This document shows positions 11,110 to 25,500 of a stretch of DNA of 64,000 nt, in pieces; position 1 is the first letter of the stretch; every line of letters starts with the position of its first letter. The position numbers were made by a program, and so were the translations under genes. Under the pieces are notes generated by a model. The model worked only from the letters and a program-made list of their open reading frames with translations. It had not been told where the DNA came from and did not search any database. The stretch is from NCBI GenBank assembly GCA_020536535.1, contig JAHLWZ010000790.1, forward strand, positions 1 to 64,000, read 5' to 3'. The DNA comes from Pelomyxa schiedti. Taxonomy: Eukaryota; Protista; Evosea.

Positions 11110-13510
11110 CTACTCGTCTCTGTGATAGAGAAACTTCTGGAGATGACTGTACACAAATGGTGGAAGTTCAAATGACTCTTGTGGCTGGAAATTACTGATA
11201 AGCGATTGTATAAATCGGCCCGGATTTCGTATTGTTTTCCACTCATTCGAAAGCAGTTGGGTATGAAGTTGATCCAGAATGCTCCAGAATCCTTCAGGGT
11301 CACGTTCTTGCAGTTTCTTTAAATGAATTAAGGACTCAATAAAAACCGAGAGTAAAAGAAATACCTGCAAGTACTGCTTGTGTCTGTCATCAAAGTGGAG
11401 TGTTAAGCCCACCTTTCTGAATACATCGTTCTCTATGTAGATAAGAATATCGAGAACTTGCTCCCAGGGGACCTTTGTAAGGTCTAATGGTAGTGGAGGT
11501 GATAGAGATCCAGATTTGAAGCGATCAGAATTCCTCGACTCCACATAACTTAATTTACTATTCTTTCATCATTACATGGAAGAAGGAGTTAGCAAGGCAC
11601 TTACTCTTTGAAAGTTCTTTTCGGCGTATAGTCACTGATTTCAGAGTTTGTAGTGATGGGAAGGTAAGGTGCTTGGGGTGATGATGGGGGTGTTGTGTTC
11701 GTGGGTGAAGAGTAAGAAAATGACGTAGATGTTGGAGAAGTACTAGGTTGTGTATTTGAAGGGTCTTGTGATGTGGATTGCGTAGATTCCAGAGCTAAAA
11801 GAATCTCAGCGGGCAGTAGTGACTTCATCCAAGGAGAAAGTGGCTCAGAGTGGTAGTCATAATGATTAACAAGGGATTGAATAAAACGACGTGGCTCCCG
11901 TATCGTTTTCCAGTCAGCATGTATAAGACGGTCGAAAATTTGGTCTAAAATCCCATAGATGCCACTGGGATTCTTTTTGATCTTTTAGCCCATGTAGTAT
12001 TTGATTCTGTACCTTCTTCCAGTGGTGCTGAAGATGTGTCTTGTGCTTGTCATCAAAAATCACTTGATTTCCGGATGTCTCAACAGTAGCGACTTCCATG
12101 GCATGAAGAATGTTTAATACAGATTCCCATGTGAAAGTATTTAGTGCAACAACAGTCTGTTGCTCTCCGCTCTTCGGCGTAGGAGGAGACTTAAAAATTT
12201 AAGAGTAAAAATGGACAAAAGGAATAGCAAACCATGCAGGGAGATTGTGCAGAGTAAAGCATGTGAGGGGGCATTCCATACGGCACAGCAGGATGTGCCG
12301 GAATGAGTTCCGACATAAAATCAGATAAAGGCAAGTCCACAGGCTCGAATTTGTGGAGAAAAGATTGAATGAATCTCCCATCATGCCTTACATTTGACCA
12401 ATCAGCCTGGATGAATTTACAAATCATTACAAGATACTCTTTCTTACCTGCATCATTTTATCTTGAATCTGATCTATTACACTCCAGAAACCAAGGGGAT
12501 CCTCTTCAAATATTATTTTTAGTAGTTGTTTGTGCTTTTCATCAAACTGTATGTTCCGCCCAAAACTTTCAGATAATCGCATTCCAATGAGATCCATGGC
12601 AACTTGAGCTGATGCCCAAGTGTACACTGAAGAAAGGGGCGGTTGAATTACAGTTTTCCCGATAAGTCCTTGCGGTTGGGTCGATGGAGATGTGGAAACT
12701 TGTTGTGACCTCGCCTATGAAAAGAAGTTAGAGAAGTGCACACAGTACCACAAATCGCCTCAGAACAAAAAGACGAAATACAAAGGAGGGAAAAAAAAAA
12801 AAAAAGCACCCTCACTGACACTCAGTCACAGAAGGGTACCAGTGACTCACTATTCAAGTTTGGAGGGGGTACTTCTGGTGGCCATAGTTTAAGAAGAAAC
12901 TGTTCCACAAATTCCCCCTCACCCATTCCAATTGGGACTGGCTTGCATTTTAATATTACAGAGTGAATGAACCCCCCAAAATCTCGGACTGTGTTCCAAT
13001 CGCATTGCACAAACGTCTAGATGCAACTTAATTTCGTGACAACTTAAAAAAAAACCCAAAAACCCAAAAAAGCCTGAAGAAAAAAACAGCAAAAATAGAA
13101 AAAGAAGAAACCTGATACAACTGCTCTACCACAGACCAGAAAGCCATTGGATCCCGTAAAAACATCGTGTGCAAATGCGCGATGTGCCTACAATCAAATT
13201 CCACAGCAACGGATGCACCGCGAGACACTCTCTTCTGCACCAGATCCAAAATGGCCTTCGCCGTATGCCACGGCACCAATCGATTTACGCAACACGAATA
13301 CGAAGAGGCCTGTTGTTGCTGTTGCTGTTGCTGTTGCTGTTGATGCATGTGCACGCCAACCCCACCGCCAACAGACAACCCACCGGAAAAAGGCACCGAT
13401 GGAGGTGACGACGACGATGCACCGAATGACGTCGCAGGTGTCGCGTGATGTGACTGCAGATCTTGCGTGGGTGATGTTCCATGAAGACTGCTGTACCGGT
13501 GGCTCATCAT
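11110..13510 (-). CDS. Hypothetical protein with polyQ and four tandem copies of a ~80-aa helical domain
   Basis: Spliced exons give four aligned units with W...FD.(R/K)H...L....(D/N)P.(G/A)(F/I)(W/Y)S..(D/E)Q...W..(I/V)R..(G/R).FI.S; Ser/Pro-rich linkers. Confidence 0.8.
13310..13342 (-). repeat. (CAA/CAG)n coding microsatellite, polyQ x11
   Basis: ctgttgttgctgttgctg... on the + strand; encodes QQQQQQQQQQQ in the minus-strand gene. Confidence 0.85.
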
Positions 13511-14586
13511 CGTCCCTTTTGTTATTCCTTTGAGCAAAGATCAAACCCGCCAAAAAAACAAAAAACTCATCAAGTCGAGACACACTAGGTCTGGACCTCT
13601 GAAACGGTGCCAACAGCGTGCCCGCACTCAAACTGTATCGGTTTCTCGAACTAGATTGTTCGATTCCCAGACCAAACTGATCTGGTTCGGCATCAAAACA
13701 CTGTATTCACGAATTCCGGGACTCACTTTGGATCTTGCCATGTGATGCTCCTCAGACGCTGGAAAGACTCACCACGAAACTGTAGAACGTGTCTGGTCCC
13801 GATGTGGTCCAGACATTTCAGAATTTTCCCTTCACAGAGTATCAGAACCAGGACATTTTCTGCCCCGTTGATGCCAAAAAGTGTGGGTTGTTAATGTTAT
13901 GTAGGCAGAACAACAACGGTGTCCCCTTTGTCTCGTTCTCCTTCATGTTTTGAGATGAAGTGACACCATTGAAAATCACTTGAAAAAGAAGACATTTTTG
14001 ATCTTGGTGGTTGTTTGTTTCTTAATGGCCTGTGGGGCTGTTGTGCCGTCTCAGCTGTCCTCGGAGGTTGTAGGCAGTGAGGAGTTCTTGTCCATATGGC
14101 TGTCGTGCCCATGGTTGTCGTGCTCCCACAATTCCAACAACCCCATCCCAAATATTGTCAGAGTGTGATTCAGTGAATCCACAGGTGCCGAGTCACCAGA
14201 GAGGCCTTAACGAATTTATGCTTGTGGGCTTCCAGCTCAAGAACCACACTAAAAAACTCAAACAAACAACAAACATAAAGAACATGATAACCCTTTATTC
14301 AATTAAATTCATCTCTTTTTGTCTTTTATGCTGGGTATCAACACAATACACAGAATCATACAAACTTGACACAACCAAATCAGACGTACCCTGTGTATGT
14401 TCTGTGTATTGTGTTGATACAAATAGGGGATACTCAGCAATAGAACAAAAGGGTTCTATTATTGGAGATTTCCGTCGTTGAAGGCCGAAAGCAAAAACAC
14501 CCAGCGCAACACCGGGTTTTTTTTTTTGAACTACAGCGTTCTTGCTGAGTGAGGAAGTCTTGACATGCACAATAAGTGGAAAAAAG

Positions 14587-15669
14587 TTAGAAGAAATGGT
14601 CTCTGTTGGAATTTCTTGGAGTGGTGATTTTTTCCATGTTTTTGGTTATCAAATCGTGGAGAATGGCGTAAGTATTTCTGGCTCAGGTTAGTATGGAATC
14701 TTGTAGCAGAAAAGCGAACCTGAGTTCTCTGTATGCATAGCGCATGTTGATGTATTCCTTGCGGTCCAGTTCGATGATGCTCATACGGTAATCTGAGAGG
14801 TGAGGATATTTCTGGCACTATAACCACATAGTTAAGCAGAGCAAGTTGTTTCACAAAAGAGTAACCTTCACCACAAGTTTCCCTCTGGCAAGGTGATACT
14901 TGTATATATCTTCCATTGCGGTGTAGGCATTATCTTCAGCTCGTCCGAGCTCGCTTACTGTATCTTCCTGAATATCGACGCCTACAAAACATGAGTTTGT
15001 GTGAGCGTACTGGAAGCAAGCAGACCAAAATTGTTTCCATCCTCAATTCGAGGTATATTCAGCTGGATCCAGAGCTTCACACAACAAACAGTCTCTATCA
15101 TTACCAACAGTTCCTTCTTTAGTTCGGCTTGAAGGTCCATGACGTCCTGTTGTGTTTATCAGTCACTCAAGATTGCATAAAAGGGAGGGTGACCTGGTTG
15201 CATGGGATAACTAGATCACTTGACGCTGATGAGGGGACAGTCGAAGACCCTCCACTTTCTGGTTTGGCTGTGTTGTTATTAATAAATCAGCCCAATACTA
15301 TAAACAAACACACCCAGCCTCGGCTTCTTGGTTGGGTGAGGGCACTCGGAGGTCTCGTTAAAAATCGCCAGGGTCTCAGGGCACAGTCTTTCTTTGTACC
15401 TCGCAATAATTTGCTCCCCAGTATAAGAAAACCTCGGGTCTGTCTATAGAAAGTAAAAAAAAAAAAGGCATGCCACTCAGTCACATAAAAGAAGTCCTCA
15501 CAATGAAGGTGTTGTGCAGGGCGACAACTTTCTGTGGCATTTTGTCTCGCACTGCCTCGAGCGCATTCGCCCTCACATCATCTTGCATTTGGTTGATCTC
15601 AGCAAGCATTTGCTTTCGCTGTTGCAGTTGCGCTGCAGAGTGGGGGTCCGGCTTGCTCTTGGTCGCCAT
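14587..15669 (-). CDS. PSME3: Proteasome activator PA28/REG (11S), gamma-like
   Basis: MPQKVVALH in the N-terminal part; activation loop LNIPRIEDGNNFG|VDIQEDTVSELGRAED; DYRMSIIELDRKEY; RNTYAILHDLITKNMEKITTPR. Confidence 0.93.
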
Positions 15670-15797
15670 CTCCACACAGCCGATTTTTTGTAATTTCTGG
15701 TTAATTAATCTCTTATTGGCAACTGCAGATCTACTTTGACACCCTTCACAGCACTGGCAGTAATTCCCCTGCGCGTTGAGTTTGTTTGTCGTTCTAC

Positions 15798-16310
15798 ATG
15801 TCGGCAGGTTGCAGCACTCATTTCTCAAATATAAATGCACGAACGACACGTTCCGCCGCCACACCAAAGATCGTCGGAACAAAGAGAAAACCGTCGTCAC
15901 TGTTTGGGAGTCCAAGGGATGTTACATTGGACCCTCCCAAGCCGAAAGCAACCAGACTCGCTGCTACAAATCCGCCTCTACGCAACAAAAATGAGTGCCA
16001 GTCCGCCGACGTATCACCACATCCTGACGACGGCACCGAAAATGTGGCCACAACAGCGGGTGGATCACACGGCCTTTCGGAGGAGGAGAAGCTCAATGAG
16101 CTAGTGCGTGAAGTGGAGATAGAAGTGGTGGCCGAGATACGAAGACGCATTGGCAATTTCCAACCTACAAAGCATCGTAGGCGGGACCCCAAATTGCATG
16201 TACTAGTCGAGGCACCGAGTTTGGCCAACAAACCACAAAACAACCTCAACGACGCACAAACCAAACCACCAACTCAAGAGGATGACTTCATTGGACTTGG
16301 AAATTACTAG
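15798..16310 (+). CDS. Hypothetical, mostly disordered protein, divergent from PA28
   Basis: Single uninterrupted 170-aa ORF from ATG 15798 with a basic motif (KRK) and a short amphipathic helix (EEEKLNELVREVEIEVVAEIRRRI). No family recognised. Confidence 0.55.
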   Translation: MSAGCSTHFSNINARTTRSAATPKIVGTKRKPSSLFGSPRDVTLDPPKPKATRLAATNPPLRNKNECQSADVSPHPDDGTENVATTAGGSHGLSEEEKLNELVREVEIEVVAEIRRRIGNFQPTKHRRRDPKLHVLVEAPSLANKPQNNLNDAQTKPPTQEDDFIGLGNY

Positions 16311-16542
16311 CAGCATGCCTCTCCCAGCCACACTCACAAATAAGAACTCCAGCGGGTGGGAGTGCTGAATAAGCCTCCCCACAGCTTAATTGTACAGAAA
16401 TGACGGAGTGCCGTGCTCATTGCATTCTCCCTCAACTCCGTTGTTTTCTTACCCAGTACTAAATACGAGGTGAAGAAAAAGACAATTTGAATGGCAAACG
16501 AAAAATAAACTGTTGTTTTCTTACATTTGGCTACATTTCGAT

Positions 16543-19500
16543 TCACTGTAATCTGGTAAGGCAGTAGGGCTCTTGAAGTGGTGCCAGTGTGGTTATTGGG
16601 ACAATCTGCGCGACTTGGATGTAGCCTGATCCTGGGTAATCTGTGAACCTGTGTCGAGTTTTAGTCGGGAAATTGTGGGAGGCATGTAATTCTGTGATGG
16701 GCTTACTTGGCTGCTTTGAGTTTATCCCAAAGCCTGTGAGAGGAACCAAGGATCATAGACCTCAGCGAGACTGTGCAATCTCCCAGGAAGTCGGGTTCTC
16801 CATCAGGGTCATAGTCAAACACAGCTAAAGTCAGCTTCGTGTCAAGTCCCCCAATTGCCGCCACATCGACCACGAAGGCGCCAAAGGTTGGGCTGAGATC
16901 CTGTGTGTGAATCTCGCTTGTGAACACAGTCGCCTTATCAGTCCTGACGACCAGGAACGGATCTGTTGAGTTTGTTTGGTTTGGTGCGGATAGGAATTGT
17001 GGGAAGATACCAGAGAGTCCTGTGAGTGTGTCACTTCTGGGAAGGTCCGTTGCGTGAAGTGTTATCTGGTACCCTGGGATGTTAACAGTGCGAGGGACGC
17101 AAGACTCCACTGACACAGTGCCGAGCGCGGGCCTAATTATGGGTGAGCGTGTTGTATTATTGTTTATAATACAGGGGATTTTGGGGGTAATTTACTTAGG
17201 GTTGAGAGGATTTGGAATGGTGATGAGATCACGAGGCATTTTGACAGAGGCACGGTATCCTGGAATTGCCAATTGTCTCAAGCACATTGGAAGCTTCAGC
17301 CGGCATGTGTTGTACTTGGAGAAGCGAGAATCTGTTGAGAAGGAGAGTTTCATGTGGAACTGCGCATCAAGGCCACAGACTGCCTCGAACGGAATGACAA
17401 AGTCTAAAGCAGGGAAACGGAGTGCTGGGAGGATGCATTCACATCCGGTTGCGGTCACTGATTCGAGGCACACAGAGTAACCTGAGCAAAAAAGTTCAAT
17501 GAGAGTGAAGGAGAACTGGAACAGGAATACATGAAGAACCCTTGGGCACGGAATCAAGTTGGAATCTGACAACATACTCGGTTGCAGGAACATCTGGGGG
17601 CATAGAAGGAGGCAGTGGTGCCGCATTGGCCTTGAGCCCCCCACTGTTGAAATATACTGGGTTGCTGTTGTTTTGTTGTTTAAGTTAAAAGAGAAAATAA
17701 GGCATTGCTTGGTACTGTTTCTTCTTCCTCCCATTGATTACTGTGCCGGTCCAAGAGCCAAAGAGTAATTCCTGGTAACTACAAATCACTTTTCCGACGT
17801 TTTCTACTTTATGCTTGCCTTCGTTCCAACCAAAGAGGCGGAACTTGAGACATGTCAATAAAAGAAAGGAAGGTGTTGTTTACTTGGAAAATGCTTCGTG
17901 CAAGCAATGCACTCGGTACAAGTTTGCCTGGCCATACATTAACTGGCCTCCATTCAGGAGAAGCAGAGGATATCGCTTCACTACGATACAAAAATATCTG
18001 TGTGGTCTCAGGTGCTCTCAGCCAGATTTCAAACCAGAGGCCAGTGTCCATGTCAATCTTCAACCCTGATACACTGCGCATGTCAACTAGAGGGCAAAGG
18101 GAGTTGGGCATACTTCAAACTAATTCCCAGTGGAAGAATAAATGGAGTTGCAGTTGAAAGAAGTACGGATTTTGATACAATAAATCCGCCAGCTGATTTG
18201 AAAAGAGGAATAGGTATTTCTGGTTTAAGGCATTCAGTATGGGGTGAAAACAACCACTCCCGCATGGTTGATGTAAATCGTCCAATTAAATCATGTGTCC
18301 CATCCTATGTTTGGCCAAGACATGAGGAAAAACGCTTCGAAGCATAGGAAACCTTATCCCAGTTGTAACAATTCACAATGAATGGTGTATCCCACCCAGC
18401 AACTCTATCAGGAGACAATTCGAACGGTTCCCATGAAGGATTTACTTCATCGGCATCAATCTCAACATTGTAGACTTTGCTTCGGTAAACAAGAGCATAG
18501 CCTTCCTGCCCGGTGATGGGAGCAAGGATTTCGAAAAAGGGTGCTATTGTTTACTGATTAGATTTTGCAAATTGACACATAAATACTAGATCGTTTTTGA
18601 ATAAGCCCGCTTTTGGAGAGAGAACAGCCTGCAGGGTGGACCTGAATGGCCATAGGAAGAGTGCGACTGCACGTTGTATTGATAGGTGATACATTGTTAA
18701 CAACAAAAGCACCAGAACTTGTGTAACCCGGTCTAGGAAATGGTGAGTATTTTTTATTGAGAAGGTTGAAATACACTCTATGCTGATGGTTCTTGTTTAC
18801 AAGGCGTGTGGAAAAGGGACATGCAAAAGACCACTCCCGAAGCGTTGTTTTAAGTTTCCCAATTAAATCGTGATCACCTTTATCAGAGAAGTTCCAGACC
18901 CTACAATTTTTTTTGGTTTTTACGGGAAAAAAGTGTTCAAACCATATTGTAAACTGCCCGTCCATCCCCTTGACATCACTAAAACTCAGAGTAAGTGGTG
19001 CCCATGCAATATTATCTCCTTTACAAAGTTCTGTGGAATTGTCAAAATAAGTTTAAAACAAAGTGAAAAAGACATACCAGATCGGTACAACAGTTGTTTT
19101 GCTTTGTTATCGCCCTTGACTCGCACTTCAAAGAAAGGAACTGGAAACAGTTAATGAAAGTTATTCCTTTTTACTGATATGCCTTTTGCCCTCGTAATGG
19201 GGAAATGAAGCTTCACAGCAGAAGGGTGAACTGTAATACCAAGAGCCGAAATTGGTTCTTCTATGTATTGCGCAACTGTGACGATAGCGAATTTGAAACC
19301 CCCTGAGCTCTTATACCCAACGCTTTGTTTCTAAATGAGACAAAACAAGTTATATGAAGGGAAGTGAACCTTAGGATTTTGTTGGTATTTTTAAGAGCTC
19401 GAGTGAATGAACCAAGACATAGGTCACGAAAAGTGGTGATGAAGCTTCCTATCAAATCGTGGTGACCGTCAGAGTCCTACTTCAGTAAGTGCTGTTATAA

Positions 19501-22500
19501 ATAGTTTCTTTAATACCCAATCATAGCAACTAAGTTCCACAGGAACATCAAGTCCTCCAGCAAGTTGAAGGCTGTGAATATTTGAATGAGTTTGCTTTGG
19601 AAAAAACACACCTTAATGTAAAATCTTTCCATGAAGGACAGTCATTCTTAGAAATAACCTCAGAACGATATAAAAGTATCTTGTTAAGTCTTCGAATTTC
19701 AAAGAAAGGATCTATTCTTCACCTTAATCAAACATCAAAATAGGAAAACCCACCAGATTTGATGAGGCCACCGGCATCCTTATTTTCTAATTCAAACCCG
19801 GAGCAAGAAAGTTGAAGTGCAGCAGGATATTGCTTGTGGTATTCATTAAAAAGTTCTAACAAGAAAATGTACCCTCAAATCAGAGACAGTAATTGCAGAA
19901 TTATTAATAAGCAAAGCGCCAGGTCGCGTTGGTCTCAACCTGTGCTGAACTGTAAGATGGAAAGATTGCTTGATAGGAAGTAAACATATTCAATGTAGAC
20001 GGATCATTGAGCCCAACAAGATACGGACCAAACAGAACACAATCACGTATTGTAGTTTTGATATCCCCAATAAAAGCATGGGCTCCATTATCCCGGAAAT
20101 CGAAAACACTGATAGTGAAGGGGTTATCCACGCCTCCAATTTCCCTCAGCGACAGTGGAAAAGGTTGCCAATGTGGAGTGGAGTCTGAACCAACTTCACT
20201 CCGGTACATAACAACTGCTTGAGGTTCCCTTGGAAGGCAACATGTCACTTCAAAGAATGGTGCTAGAAATGTTGGCCAATGTAAATAGAACAAAGGTTAA
20301 CACACCAGAGACTGAAGAAATGGATGAAGCACAATTTAACTTTGCTCCCGAAAAGGTGAAGCAGTATGCTTCAGCGATAGAGGGGCGTACTTCACTGGGT
20401 AATGCCTGGATTGAATCAACAGAAAAGCAACCTCGGCTAAAGTGTGTCAAGGCAAAAGAATGACTGTTGGACAACAACCTTCCCAGAATATTTGGAGGTT
20501 TGTAAAGTCCGAGTTGGATATCTCCAAAAGACAGTTCCCGCAGTGTGGTCGTTGAACACCCGATTAAATCATGCCCGCCATCTGTTTGAGTAAGTAAGCT
20601 GCAAACGGTCACTGCTGCAACCATCATCAGCATCCCAAACGGATATTTGGAAAGGTGCGTCAAAAGGAATGTCAGACGTATTGATGGAAAAAGCCTTCCA
20701 AGATGGGTTCAAATTTTTGGGGATAATCTCAGATCGGTAAATTGTGATTGGAGTTGAAAATCCAGCTGGTTGTGCCGTGATCACAAAGAATGGGTCTGAT
20801 ATCATGCTGAGAAAATATAAGAACAAAAATTGTAAGTACCTGATTTTGCATGAATCCCAATATCCATTGCAGCCAACTTTCTACCACTCACGGAGAGTTG
20901 GAAAGCTGGGGAACTTTTCTGGCGTTGTGCTTCTCTTTCCAGAAGTTCTGGTTTACAAAAAGTGAAGCCACCGCTATTCAACCCAACTTTGGGACCCCTT
21001 CAATGGTTTAGTGGAGGCCAAGAACGAAAATCACAACTTAAGAGGCACAGTGCACCCATTTTGAATGAAATCAAATAAAGTAACTTCGGCCTCTCCAATT
21101 TTATCATGTCCGCCGTCTGTGATTGTATTTAAACGCTGAGAGTAAGGTAATGGGACTTGCCTGCATCCCAGTCCCACACAACCACAGAAAAGGGAGTGTG
21201 AAGCCCTCGAATATCAGCGAGGTTAAGTTCAAATGGAGCCCACTTAGGGTTCAAATCATTTTTCATTGCAACTGATCTGAGAGGGATTAAAAGTGGATTG
21301 CCAATGGGAAATCCACCTGTACAATGTAATGGGGTGAGTAAAACCAGCAGGCGTAGCTACAATCTTAAAGAAAGGATCTGTGTGAAAGTCATCACATGTG
21401 CGCCACACTCGCGAATGAAACCTGATTTGCCTGCAACATCTTTTCGGGACAACTTGGAAGCGTAACACTGAACACTAAATGCAGGTGAAGGTTCATCTGT
21501 TGGAATTTTATTTCTAATAAATCTGTGTATATATCCGGGCCTAGATTCTACATTGTTTACGCAAAAGGCAGCATTGCTTTTGTTTTGGGTTGATGTATTA
21601 GAATTGTCGAGGAATGGAAAAAAAGCACCTGTCAGTAACTTGAAGTTTCTTGGTCAGAGCAAAACGGAAGGGACCGAATGTGAGATCCCGGAATGTTAAT
21701 GAGCAATCCCCAACTTTGTGGTGATCTCCATCTTTTGCCCGATTGTACACCCTAGGGCAATATTAGAGTGCAGTTACCAGGATTAAACTCACTTCAAAGT
21801 GAAGAATGAGTCAATCCCATTTACATCCGAAAGGTTAATGGGGATTGGTGCCCATGTGCCACTGCTGTTATTGTAGTTCTTGCAGACTTCACTTCGGTAG
21901 AGCATCTTACTGTCACTTATCCAGAGTTCGAAAAATGGTTCTAACATCAAGTGAGAGGACAAGAAAAGGAAAGCAAATCCTTTCACAAAAAAAGAAAGAT
22001 ACGAACTTGTCTTCCCCAGTAGGGTGGTGACTTTTGCAACTCCAGTGTGAAGAAGGTACGCTGGAGACATTGGTTTTACTTGAGTATACTCAAGACCTTC
22101 TAAGCAAGATACACCGAAGGCACCTTGACTGCAAAAGTGGGAGACTGTTCAATTGACCTAGCGACATACCACAAGATTGCTCCTTTAGCCTTTAATTCAA
22201 TTCTATGCTCCCCAAAAGTCCATTCTCTCATAGTTATTGTCGATTTCCCAATTAAGTCATGTCCTCCATCCTTGTTATTTTTGAATTAATTCACTTTTGT
22301 TTTTGGAAAGGTACTTCATCAAAGTCATAAACAAAGATGTCAAATGGTGAATCTAAATCACCAATCACTTCCATTGACAGCTCAAAAGGTTTCCAGGTGG
22401 GATTGAGATTTCTTGAAATAACTGGAGGAGCATTGGTGATGTGTTGAGAACGAAAGCTGATAACCTTCACTGCGGTAAACAGTTATATATTTCTGGGGGC

Positions 22501-25500
22501 ACCCTGGCGGAGCTTTGGTTCTTATTTCAAAAAAGGGATCTAATGATTTGTAAGATTTCGTTGGAGATTACCATCAACCAGAAGAGGCAGTGACATCCTT
22601 CCTTGCAAGCTTCGCGCCAAAAGGAAACATACGATATGCACTGAACCGTTTTTTGAGAACTCGGTCAGGCAAAGGAGATACTGTATCAATACAAAAAGCG
22701 CCAGCATCAGTACTAAGGATAGCACTTGTGAGTCCTTCGCGGAAAGGACCGAAACTCCAAGAGCGGAGAGTGGTGTGTAGACTCCCAATAAGTTTGTGCT
22801 CACCATCAGGATGATAGTTCCATACATGGATGGTAAAAAGGGTATCTATGCCTCGGACATCTTTTTCCCACTTCCTCAATTTTTAGGCAGATGTAAATGA
22901 AGAATACCGTCGACATTGAGAGAAAAGGAGTCCCATCTGGGTTGTCTACCGCCTTCCTTGGCAACTTCACTACGGTAAATTGTTATGGCTGTCTTGGAGC
23001 CAGGAGGAGACGCCTTGAGCTCAAAGAATGTGGGTCCTGGAAAAAGAAGGGATTATAAAGTGCAGATATACAAATATATTCAAACCTGTTAATAGAGGCA
23101 ACTTATCTGCAGATACAGAAATCTGGAAAGCTGCAGGTATTTCTCTCACTTGTGAAAATGAAAGAGGCGTAACTTCATCAACTGAGAATGCACCTTGATT
23201 CAGGCCGCCCTCCAGCAACTCCTGTTGGTAGGGGCCAAATGTCCATTCACTGTTTGTGTGAGCTAAAAAAAAAAAAAGATGTCAGGGATCCTACCGTAAA
23301 GTTGTTTGCAGGGAACCAATTCTGTCATGCCCTCCATCACGATCCTGTTGTCATAAGTCTTTGGGAAAGGGTACAAGTTGCATACCCAATCATAAACAAC
23401 AACAGTAAAGGGGGAATCGAGACCTCCCACCATAGAGACATTAAACTCAAAGTCATCCCAGACTGGTTCCAGACATTTCATCACAACATTAGAACGATGG
23501 AGGAGTATAGGCTTCTCTGCTCCAGGAGGAACTACAAATACCTCAAAAAACGGATCTAAGTGCGGTTAGGTAAAGAATGTGCATGATAGGTGGACCACCA
23601 GAGGAAAGAGACACATCTTTCCGGGGAAGTTTCAGTGCACTAGCTTTTATTCTGTATGCTGCAGGTGCTAATTTTATGAATTGTTGAGACAAGGGCATAA
23701 CAGAGTCAACGGAAAAAGCCCCTGATGACCTGAAATTCTTGTAAGGAACACAACTGGGGACTGGACAGTAGGGGTGTACTACATAATAGAAGATGTGCTT
23801 GTTCTGACCGAGAAAGAATATGGTGAGAAAAGCCATTCACGCATAATTGTTTGTGCTGTTCCAATGAGGTCATGTCCTCCATCTTTACTCATGTTATGTA
23901 AATCTCCTTCGAAAAGTAGAGAAAACCTTTATCCCAGTCATATATCGAAACTGTGAAAGGTGTGTCTAAATTTGTAATGTCACTTAAATTTAATGTGAAG
24001 GGTTTCCAGCAGGGGTTTAGGTTTCTCATGATGACTTCTGAGCGGTAAAGGGTTATTTTACTCTTTCCTGGCGGTTCTGCCTTAATCTCGAAGAAAGGAT
24101 CTGCATTAGAAGTTTAAACTCAGAGAAGAATTGGGAGGAAATACCTGAGGAGCCACTTATGTCTTTTCGATCAAGTTTCCTGGCACTTGGAGATATTTGA
24201 AAAGCTACTGGAAGAGGCCTTCGATACTGTGGAGCCTCAGCCGGAGGAATGAGGAAAACGCGATCGACAGAAAAAGCTCCTGAAGACTGGTATCCAATAC
24301 TGCGCAAGTTGAACATAACTCATATTTACCCTCAAATGATGAGTTACCAATTCTTGAGGTTGGGGTTAATTAGAGCTTGTTGATATGAGCCAAATGTCCA
24401 TTCACGGAAGGTTGTTTCAAGTTCTCCAATAAACTCATGGGCTCCATCTAGGACAAAATAAAATTTATGTGTACCAGTTTTTGATCTCACCTGCATCCCA
24501 ATCATATACACTAATCTTAAAGGGCGAGTCTACACCACCAATATCCTCAAGGAATAGTACAAACGGCTTCCAGTCTTTTTTGGTTTTTGTTTTGTTAGAG
24601 GGTTTTAGGGAGACTGACTGGAAGACCAGGGTTGAGATTCTTCATAATGACTTCACTTCTATAAAGTGTAATTGGGTGTGTGAAGCCTGGAGGTTGTCCT
24701 GAAACAACAAAAAAGGGGTCACTTTTGGAAATAGGGCCATCCATATTTGTCAGTTTTTGAGCAGAGGTTTTAACCTGCGAATCTTGGTATTTTTACATAA
24801 AAGGAAAACGAATGCCAAACCTCAACGGCAATAGGAACAATCTTTTTTTCAGCTGGCTCGTAGACTGGTGTAATGTCATCACAAGAGAAGGCACCTGAGC
24901 TGTCATAACCAGGCCTTATTGGGGTTTAAAAAACGCATCAAAGTAGGAAAAATGACTCACAAGCCCACTTTACTAGGGTTAATAAGGGCTGACCGGTATG
25001 GTCCAAAGCTGGAAGGAAGAATTACATTGAGTACAACTTAGAAAAGACGTACCACCACTCTCGCACAGTCATTGTGCAACGTCCAACCTAGGATGAAAAC
25101 TTAGAACAAGTACGCGGATATGTGCAAACCAAGTCATGTCCACCATCAGCATCCCAATCCTAAGTTCACATGAGAGAAGAGAGGGAAAAAAAAAGGAATA
25201 CCATGACTTCAATTTTAAAAGGTGAATCCAAGTCTAAAAAGACAACTAAGCCAAAAAAATAGAGAAAAGGCAAGGTAAACGAACCTCCAATTAAAGACAT
25301 ATCCAGAGTAAAATAGCCCCAAACAGGATTGTCAGCTTTCATAACCACTGGAGACCTGTACACAGTGATCTCTTTATCGTATCCCGGTGGAGTAGCCCTG
25401 ATAGTGAAGAAAGGATCTGAAAGGTTTACTTCAGTTCAGTTCAGTGCCGAGGAAAAGTTAACCAGAAGGTTTTGCCCCAGTTGGTCCAAAGTCGAGGCGG

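Noticed and set aside
13655-13672. GTTCGATTCCC resembling a tRNA T-loop / B box
   Set aside because: Flanks do not form a T-stem and no cloverleaf can be folded.
13830-14481. Possible small + strand gene containing CPYGCRAHGCRA (short direct repeat)
   Set aside because: No consistent start or exon chain and no family similarity; left unresolved.
4858-15669. Functional clustering of proteasome genes (beta-7 and PA28), and of the two metal transporters
   Set aside because: Separated by unrelated genes; compatible with chance in a compact genome.
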